Of a stretch of 64,000 nucleotides of DNA, positions 54,836 through 64,000 are shown in pieces. How positions within the stretch are numbered: position 1 is the first letter of the stretch; the number at the start of each line of letters is the position of its first letter. Origin of the DNA: the human T2T-CHM13v2.0 reference genome, Homo sapiens; NCBI RefSeq assembly GCF_009914755.1, contig NC_060925.1. One strand, given 5' to 3'. The translations under genes and the position numbers were made by a program. A model generated the notes under the pieces. That model was not told where the DNA came from and searched no databases. It was given only the letters and a program-made list of their open reading frames with translations.

Positions 54836-56238
54836 TGTTGGACTCCTCGGCCTCTAGGACCTTGGCTTAAGTTCACTGCCACCTTCTTAACCTTTGTTGC
54901 CAAGCCCCATGTCCCTGGAGCTATGCTTTCATTAAAGAGCAGCCTCTACCAGGCAAGCTGGTGTCTCTCCTAGTAAACCGATTGCCTCTCATAGCTTTGA
55001 TTCCTTATCATGCTAAAATGCACTAAGGATAGGGATGGTGAGAGGCAAGAGGGGTGACGGGAGCAAAGAACCCTGCACTGATAATTGAGACAGGCAGAAT
55101 TCCCAAGTGGTAGAAAGTGGGTTTGGAAGCATAGGTTGAATTTGGTCACCAAGAATTTCTGAGCAAGGGAAAAGCCTAGTACGAACACTTGAAATGTGTC
55201 AATCTTGGAGTGAAGCATAAAGTAGGCTGGAAAGAAGTAACTAAATATGGGGAGATTCCGGTGGAGAGGCTATCTGGGAAGTGGTAGGTAACTCTGAAAG
55301 CATGAATACCACTATCCAAAGAGAATGCTGAGATAGAGAACACTGCTAAGGATGACTCTTCAGGGCACACCCATGAACTGGGAGGTCAAAAGAAGCACTG
55401 AGGAGAAGGTAAAACCAACTCATTCTGAGAGGGAGGAGGAGAACCAGCCCATCCCTGTATAACAGTAACAAGTGGAGAGATTTTCCAAAAGGAAAGATTG
55501 GTAGTAGTATCCCATGAGGAACTGCTGTTGTAGAGATAAGACCTGAGCAAGCTACTTTGAATGGGGTGTCCAACAGGCAACTTCCTTCAGGCCACCACTG
55601 GTCCATTGGCATCTGTCTTCCTTTCGGGGTCCTCCTCTGCCAGCCATATTCATCTCTCCACTGAACTCTGGGTCCCATCCCCTTCTGCCCCCTCGCTCAA
55701 TCAGTCTCCCATCTCCTGTCTTAATCCTCAGCCAATGAAGAGGCTCAAGACTCTTCTATCTTAAAAATGTAAACCAACCAACCTCCCTCAATCTTACATC
55801 TGCATCCAAATCTTGTCTTCACTCTCTATTATGCCACATTCAAACTCTTTGAGGAACTTATCTGTGTCCATTTCATCTCCTTTCATTCATTCCTTACTGC
55901 TGTCCCTTTCATCAGTGCTATCCTCATTAGGTTCACTGATGCTCTCCATACTTTTCAGTCCAACAGGCAATTTTCTGCCTGTATCTTATCTGGCCCTGTA
56001 AGTCATTTGATAATATTAATTAATTTCTTTTGCTTACGATCGCCTCCTGCCCTGCTTCCGAAACAACACTTCTTCCTATTTCTCCTCACACCTCTCTGTG
56101 TGTTCCCTCTCCATCTCCTCTGCCTTGAAATGTGTTGGACTCCTTGGGCTCTGGGGCCTTGGCTTCACTTCACTGCCACCTTCTTGATCTTCATTGCCAA
56201 GCCCCATGTCCCTGGGGCCATGCTTTCATTAGAGAGCA
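54836..56238 (+). repeat. 106-bp direct repeat pair (54836-54941 and 56133-56238)
   Basis: Ungapped manual alignment, 93/106 identical. Confidence 0.9.
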
Positions 56239-56496
56239 TAGCCTTGAGGTCTGTCCTCAGTCCTCTGCTCTCTTTATGCAGTACAGCCCTGTTGGGTACC
56301 TCTCTATAGGCCCGTGTGGCCACCACCATCTTTACGCTGATGAGCCCCTGATCATGTCTCCATCTCCGGGCCTCTCCCCTGGGTGGAATCTAATTGTCTA
56401 CTGGACAGCTCAACTTTTATTCAGCAAACACTTATATACTATGTGGCAGGCACTGTTCTAAGCACTTTATAAAATATTAGCTTACTCAGTGCCCTA

Positions 56497-56853
56497 TTTA
56501 CTGGAATTTGAAAGTTTGTCCTCTCCCAAATGCATGTTGAAACTTAATTGCCATTGCAACAGTGTTAAGAGGTTGGACCTTTAAGAGGTTATTAGGCCAT
56601 GTGGGCTCTGCCATCATGAACGGATTAATGCTATTATCAAGGGAGAGAGTTTATTATTGTGATAGTGGATCTCCTATAAAAGGAACGTTCTCTATCACTC
56701 TCTTTTTTGGAATTATGCAGCATCTTTTGCCAGTTGTCAACACCTTGCTATTGGATTTCTCAGCCTCCAAAACTAGGAGCCAATAAATTTCTGTTCTTTA
56801 TAAATCACCCAGTCTCAGGTATTCTGTTATAGCAGCACAAAATGGACTAAGAC
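56497..56853 (+). mobile_element. MST (MSTB/C/D-like) MaLR LTR
   Basis: catgttgaaacttaattgcc ... aataaatttctgttctttataaatcacccagtctcagg...ggactaagaca. Confidence 0.82.
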
Positions 56854-57196
56854 AACATTCAAAGTTGAAAATTGCCATGACCAAATAATGAACGCACCCC
56901 CTTTCCACCAAACCTCCTTCTCCTCACTCTCCTTTGAGGTTGGTCTTAGAGAGAGGCATCTACCACTCATGCAACTGCTCCAGCCAGAAATGAATGGCTC
57001 CTCCTAGACACATCTCTCCTGAACCACCCAATCCTTCACCCTCTCTGCTCCACAGTCAGCAAGTCCCAAGACCTGTTTATTCCTCCTCTTTCTTACCCAC
57101 CCCTCCCACATCCACTGCCACTACTTTAATTCTGCCCCTCACCACACCTGACCTGGATTCTCACAACAATTAGAAAACTATCCAAATGCTTTCTTC

Positions 57197-57486
57197 TTTT
57201 TTTGGAGACTGGGTCTTGCTCTGTCACCCATGCTGGAGCACAGTGGCATGATCACAGCTCACTGCAGCCTCAACTTCCCAGGCTCTAGCGATTCTTCCAC
57301 CTCACCCTCCTAAGTAGCTGGGAACACAGGCACACACCACCATGCCCGACTAATTTTTGTATTTTTGGTAGAGTCAGGGTTTCACCATGTTGTCCAGGCT
57401 GGTCTCAAATTTCTGATATCAAGTGATCCACCCGCCTCAGCCTCCCAAAGTGCTGGGATTACAGACATGAGCCACCACACCCAGCC
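57197..57486 (-). mobile_element. AluJ
   Basis: Antisense dimer; TSD TCCAAAT(G/A)CTTTCTTCT. Confidence 0.92.
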
Positions 57487-59764
57487 TCCAAATACTTTCT
57501 TCTAAAATACATTCTGATCCTGTCTCCACCTGTACCCTCTGCCCTCCTGCTTAAAGTCCTCCTATTTCTTCCCCAGATTACAGAATGAATAAAACTCAAA
57601 GTCACAGGAAATAAGATAGGAAAGTCCAGGGAAGCTCCCAGATGGCTATCTCATGCTTCTGCACATTCCTACTAAGCCCTTCCCCTCTTCTCTTTATAAC
57701 CATCACAGACTCCTCCCAAAGTTAATTTTTCTCTCAGAAGCCTTCTTTATTGATTTGACCAACCCCATTGGTACTTTCACAGCACACATTATGTATTTAT
57801 CTATTGTTGCATGTATTGTTCTGTCTTCCCATTGTTTATTTATTTGCTGGTCTCATCCACCAGCTGCAAACTTCTTAAGAGGAGGGACTGAGCCGTATTG
57901 AACTGTGACTCTCTAGTACTTCAGAAGCTTCTGTTGAATGAATGAATTAATGACAATAATTGTGTGATATTATAATTGAATAATTGACTGTTTAAGGGTC
58001 TGTGATCTAGGATCAATCCACCTCATTTAAAATCCCATTTCAACTGTCATTTACAAGATCTGTTCATTTGGGCACATATCATAATGCCCTATGGCTCACT
58101 TTTCTTGTCTATACAATTAGGATTAATAAGAGAACCCATAGGTTCACTGTGGTAATTAGATACTCTATAAATTATTAGTAAAATAACTAACATGTGAGTA
58201 CTTAATAAATGTTTGCTATTACCATTTTTAAATTGGGAAATCAACTACTTTTCAGGTACTTGGAAGTACTTTTTTAAAATGCAGATTGAATATTCTTCCT
58301 GCAAAAGTTGTTATTAATTTTAATACTTTCTATAAATTGTCTTCATTTTTGTTAATTTGCAGAATTAAAACTTGATCTATAGCAAGGAAAAGTTCAGCTC
58401 AGCTCTTGGCATAATTATCACAACTTCCAAAAAAAGAGGAGCTGAATTAATGAGATGATGTTACCCTGTTGGAGGTCCCAGATTCAGATGACTGAGGGAT
58501 ATAATCTTTCATTCCAGGGACAAGGGGAGGCGGTGGGAATCTTGCCCCTCGCTTATGTTTACTGCCGTTTCCTGAGTCAGAAGAAGCTCAAAGATCAAGG
58601 TGTACACTCCAGAGACCCACTAATTGTGTTCACCCCTGCTCCCCAGCACATTTCAGGGACAGCCCTTTCTTTCACTGGTTGGAAAGAGCACGAAGTTGCA
58701 AGCATGTTTAATATGTGAATGCAATGTTAGGAATACTGCAGACCACTTAAATATCCTCTGAGACTAAATACAAATAATTTCTGACTCAGCCATAGATTTG
58801 GAATATAATACAGGTGAGGAATAACCCCCTCAAGTATACAGGAAGCCTGACTGCAGAATTTTGAAAGCCTGTCTTGGCTACTGAGAGATCATTTCAACAA
58901 ATGATTAAACAGTATCACAAACTTAGTTGACAAACCACTGATCAGTTCAATTTTTTCTATTAATACCCTTTTACCTGCATGAACATTTATGTTTGGACCC
59001 AATCCAGCTGTTGCTGCTACCAGAAGGTTTATAGATGCATGCTGAAACACATCTAAGAAGTAACATCTGGAAATCTTTGAATTGCATTCTTCCTGCTAAA
59101 ATATCCCTGGGGGAACAGGGACCTCAAAAAGAGAAAAATCCAAATCTTTAATGGTTATTGTGAAGGGTGCAACATATTAAAGTTTTTCTGTCTTAATTAA
59201 AACTTCCAGGGAACAAAACAGAAATTGACCCAAAATTCGAATTGAAAAGGCATTAATTCCATGTGTAAATGAGTATCACCTTTTCAATTGTATTATTAAT
59301 ATGTCATTCTTCATCTTTATGAGATTGAAGATTATGAGGGCATCATCTTTAATACAAGTTTATAAAAACATTCAACCACTTGAAAGATCTGTGTTCAAAA
59401 TCCTTTGTCTAGCAGTGGCGACAGATTTGCACTGACCCTTCATGGATACGTCTGCACCAAGGGACCTGGAGCAAAAAATCTCCCTAGATTGTTGCAAGGT
59501 TTAATGAGATAATGTACACGAAAGAACTTGCAAAATGAAGAGCACTTTATAAGCTGTAAAGGTCCACATTAACACAGACTGCTTGGACCAGAACTCACAA
59601 TACAGAAAATAGTAGAGCAAAGCAAAAGTGATTTGCTCAGGCAGGTACAAAACCACAATTCAGTGTTTACGAACCAGTGCTCAAACTACCAACGTAATAT
59701 GTTGGCTTGCATCATAGACCTGTTGTTGGGGGGTGAAGGTGGGTCTAGTTTGTTGTTGTTGTTG

Positions 59765-60062
59765 TTGTTTTTAATTTTAGAGCAGTTTTATTTTTTCAGA
59801 CAACTTGAACAGAGTACAGAGTCCCCATAGACTTCCCCTCCCTCTCTTCCCCTGACACCTCAGCAGTTTCCACTAATAACATCTCCCATTAGTATAGTAC
59901 ATTTGTTACAATAAACAAATCAATACTGATACATTAGCTAAATTATTACAGTTTGTTATTAACTAATTCGATACATTATTAATTATAATCTAGATATTAG
60001 TATATTATTAACTGAAGTCCACAGTTTACACACGGTTCTCTTCCTGTTATACAGTTCTCTGG
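59765..60062 (-). mobile_element. L1MC/MD 3' end fragment
   Basis: 'tttagagcagtttta...gtacagagtccccata...gtacatttgttacaat'. Confidence 0.7.
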
Positions 60063-60095
60063 ATTTCATCTAAACTTTGAAATTACTCCATATAA

Positions 60096-60432
<337 letters not shown>

Positions 60433-60656
60433 TTATTCAAATTTGGGACTTCCTTCTCTACTTGTGGGTTTCAGATTTTCTGAGGCCACAGAATTTTTAT
60501 AAAGGGTCCATAGATCCTGTGCAAAGCCAGCCTTTAGGGTAGACTGGACAATGTGCTTTTACTGGGCCCTGGAAAAAATATTTATTAATGAATGAGTGAA
60601 AAAGTATTCACTTATTCATTTATATACTGCTGTATTTCAAATTCTGTAAATGCCAT

Positions 60657-61048
60657 TATATTTCAGTTATCTATACTGTGTTACAAAACACACCAAAACT
60701 TAATGGTTTAAAACAACAATGATTTTTTATTTCTCAGAATTCTCTGCATCAACTAAGTGGTTCTGCTGGTTGTGTCTGGGATCATTCACACAGCTGCATT
60801 CAATCAGCAGAGAAGCTGGTGATTGGGCTGATGGCTCATCCTCAAGAAGACTAGATCAGCTTCCTCACATAACGGCAGCCAGGTTCCAAGGCAAACCCCA
60901 GTGTGCAAGTACTTAGCAAGTCACTGCTTGTGTCAAGTTTACTGATGTCCCCTTGGTCACAGTGCTAACACAGTAAAGTCCATAATTAATGTGTCAAGAA
61001 ATTGAACCAGGAGGTTTGATTTTCTGTGGACAGTGTAACAATCTACAA
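60657..61048 (-). mobile_element. Old MLT1 LTR
   Basis: 'ccaaaacttaatggtttaaaacaacaatg...ccagtgtgcaagtactt'. Confidence 0.6.
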
Positions 61049-61092
61049 TGTTGTAATTAATTATTTGTAAATTCATGTAAAGGAGTTATTGA

Positions 61093-61395
61093 GGCGGGCG
61101 TTGTGGCTCATGCCTGTAATCCCACCACTTTGGGAGGCTGAGATGGGCAGGTGGATCACTTGAGGTAAGGAGTTTGAGACCAGCCTGGCCAACATGGTGA
61201 AACCTGTCTCTACTAAAAATACAAAAATTAGCTGGGCATGGTGGTGCGCGCCTATAATCCCAGCAACTTGGGAGGCTGAGGCAGGAGAATCACATGAACA
61301 CAGAAGGTGGAGGTTGCAGTGAGCCGAGATCGTGCCACTGCACTACAGCCGGGGTGACAGAGCGAGACCTTGTCTCAAAAAAAAACACACACAAA
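61093..61395 (+). mobile_element. AluSx-like
   Basis: Full dimer flanked by AAAAGGAGTT repeats. Confidence 0.92.
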
Positions 61396-61850
61396 AAAGG
61401 AGTTGCCGAATCCATAATAGGTTTTCATCAGATATTTTCTCAATCATCAGAATTTTCATTAAAACTTCAGATACTCTTCTGAGAATCCATTAAATTGTCT
61501 GACATTGTAAAGAGATCTCTGTAGTTAAAAAGGATGGGAACCTCTAAATAAATGCACCATCTGCTAGGAATTTAAAATATTTGGTCTCATTGATGTTTGG
61601 GATGAGATTTGACATATTTGGCAAATGTTGCTTTAACGTTTATTATGTTTTCCACCATACTTAGGATCATGAGTGTTAAATAAAGAATGTTTAAAAAGTT
61701 AATTCATTATTGCTCCTTTGCTAAAAGAATAAAATGTGGAATTTGTTATTTCTCATCCAAGGCGGACTATGTCACCTGAATGCATCAAGCCCACCCCTGG
61801 CTCCTATGGCTTTAATGTGGCAGAAATCAAGGATAAAGCACCAAAAGTCA

Positions 61851-62663
61851 GGAACCCGTGGGGGCAGGCAGCTGGGAGTAGGGGGGCAGCCCTGGAGTAG
61901 TGATTGTGGCAGTGCACATGGACACAGCTGCAGCGGCTGTGGGGCTGCCAAGAAACTACTAAAGTTCCTGGTGAAGCAATGTAGAATTTGATAAGAACAT
62001 ATAGATGGAAGGAAAAAAACCTATGGTGACTGTGAAGGCCCTGATGCCATGTATGTCAAATTGATATCATCTAGTGGTCACAAAGTTATTGTAAAAAGAG
62101 AATATGCAGTAACATCAATAACAATAAAGGCTATGTTGAGTGGCCCAGGTCAGCTTGCTGAAAATGAAATCAGTGAGGTCAGTTTTAGAGAAATCTCTTC
62201 ACATGTGCTATCAAAAGTATGCATGTAAGCTGCATGCTGTGGCTCAAGCCTATAATCACAGCAGTCTGGGAGACCTAGGTGGGAGGATTGCTTGAGCCCA
62301 GGAGTTCAAGACCAGCCTGGGAAACAGAGTGAGACCCCGTCTCTCCCAAAAAAATTAAAAATAAGCTGGGTGCAGTGGCATACACCTGTAGTCCCAGCTA
62401 CTTAGGAGGCTGAGGTGGAAGTATCCCTTGAGCCCAGGAATTCAAGGTTGCAGTGAGCTATGATCACACTACTGCACTCTAGAGTGGGTAACAGAGCAAG
62501 ACCTTGTCTTTTAAAAAATATATATGCATATATGTTACATACAAGGGTCACTACACTAACAGCTCCACAGAGATTCTCAAATTCCCAGCTGCACCTCAAC
62601 TTGCACCAGAATTGCTGATGACTGTGAACTTCCTAGATTGTTAAATAAATTATAATAATTTTT
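61851..62663 (+). pseudogene. ELOC: Elongin C (ELOC/TCEB1) processed pseudogene, interrupted by AluJ
   Basis: 62001-62225 translates (I)[74 protein letters not shown]; 62531-62644 translates [37 protein letters not shown]. Colinear with 112-aa Elongin C; intronless; ATG changed to ATA; 17-bp TSD at 61834-61850 and 62664-62680. Confidence 0.96.
62228..62521 (+). mobile_element. AluJ inside the ELOC pseudogene
   Basis: Dimer with J diagnostics (ggaggattgcttgagcccagg, gagctatgatc); duplicated tatgcat(g/a)ta flanks. Confidence 0.92.
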
Positions 62664-63519
62664 TAAAGTACCAAAAGTTAACCTTTGAACAATGCAACAA
62701 TCCGAAAAGCTGGCAACCGACAAATATATAATCTCTACTTTAAAATGATGTTTTTAATTATGAAGCCAAGAATGTAAAATGACGTAACATAAAGTTTCTT
62801 TATCCTCATATCTGCTTTCTGAAGTGACAATGACTATAAAGTGAGAAGGGCATCAATCGGTAACAGAACAGGCAAGGGAAATAGAGGGTGAGTAAATTGT
62901 TACATTGACCAAGAATCTAATAATCTTGTTCACAAGGGTGAAATCAAAAGTAGGAACTTAAGTTTCCTGGTGAGTTGGATACCATTCCATCTTCATTGGT
63001 GATAATGAATCAGTACTCTGGGCAATCAATGATCTCACCAGGTGGGCAGACTCAGAAGGAGGAGCCTTAGTTCCTTTCTAAGGGAGCCTCCCTGCGAGGA
63101 TCTACACTACACAAGTGATTAAAAAGCAATTCATTGGCTTGTGGCCAACTGCTGACACCATCACTCCAGCAGACTCTGACAGCTGGAGAATTGAGTTAGT
63201 TGTTGTTTATCCCCATCCTTATTGGTGCCTCCCTGGGGTGTCTGTACCCCAACCCCACAGTTTTCTAGCTGGGCCTGATGTTTCTCTTTAGACATTTCTA
63301 GCAGACCATTTTCTCAGTTTCTCCTATGTGGCTTAGCAATTCTCTCTAATGTCCTTTTTGTTTCATAGTTCTTTTCATTAATTTACTCAAAATGCATTGA
63401 ATGGCAGGTGTGTTCAAGGCCCCACGCTAGAGGAGTTATACAGTGGAAATGCAGTTGGTTAACAGACAGATATCATTAAATAGTTCTCAAAAAAGTAGTG
63501 AGTGCTAATCTAGGAGAAC

Positions 63520-63950
63520 AGGTACCTGGACAGCGTTGGCCAACCCAGCTTTCTCCCTTGTCACTTACAGAATGCAATGTCCTGGGATAAGGAGGAACTG
63601 TCCAGAACAACCCAAACTATGCCCTTGTTCCTACTAGAACAGGGTGTTCTGCAGTCCTTGTGTTCTACAATCCTTGTGTGAGCCCAGAAATGCTCAGGGT
63701 ATAAAACCCATGGCAGAGCGATTGCAGAGTCTCTCAGCTGCAGAGTGACATGGAACACAGGCAGACAAGATTCCATCTGCCCTGGAAAGTTGTATTGAGC
63801 CTTGCTGGACCAAATCCTTGGTTTCTTTTTTTTTTTCTTTTTCTTTCTTTTTTTCTTTTTTTTTTTTCTGTTTATCTGTCAGTAACAAATCTGCTTTGAC
63901 TAACTTGTTGATCATGGATTCTGTCTCACTGGACTAGGCCTGCAAACCTT
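63520..63950 (+). mobile_element. MER54/MER74-like ERVL LTR
   Basis: 'aatgtcctgggataaggagg...cagggtataaaaccc...agattccatctgccctgg'; boundaries uncertain. Confidence 0.5.
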
Positions 63951-64000
63951 TGCAGTAATAAATGTCCCAAGTGGTAGAATGAAGGGTCAGAGGAAAGAAC

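Larger units (their letters stand above)
55000..57950. mobile_element. Degenerate L2 fragments in both orientations, with MST and Alu insertions
   Basis: Purine-rich segment 55000-55560; pyrimidine-rich segments 55600-56400 and 56860-57950 ending in tgttgaatgaatgaat. Confidence 0.6.

Overview
This is primate (human-like) intergenic or intronic DNA dominated by interspersed repeats. I can support no intact protein-coding gene. The clearest features are: (1) a 6.3-kb two-LTR HERV-H provirus on the minus strand (14327-20633, TSD GCTAT), inserted into an AluJ, with a tRNA-Phe-like primer-binding site; (2) a full-length THE1 MaLR element (7376-9620, TSD ATGGC); (3) an Elongin C (ELOC/TCEB1) processed pseudogene (61851-62663) with a 17-bp TSD, split by an AluJ; (4) a dense cluster of ERV solo LTRs at 36.5-43.4 kb, including a MER41 that retains both GAS/STAT motifs; (5) many Alu, L1, L2, MIR, MLT and DNA-transposon relics. 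Most ORFs in the supplied track are repeat-derived or chance. I did not find a convincingly new biological system. The best leads are LTR-derived regulatory elements, candidate non-coding exons and a 106-bp local duplication. Subfamily names are recalled from consensus sequences, not from a database search.
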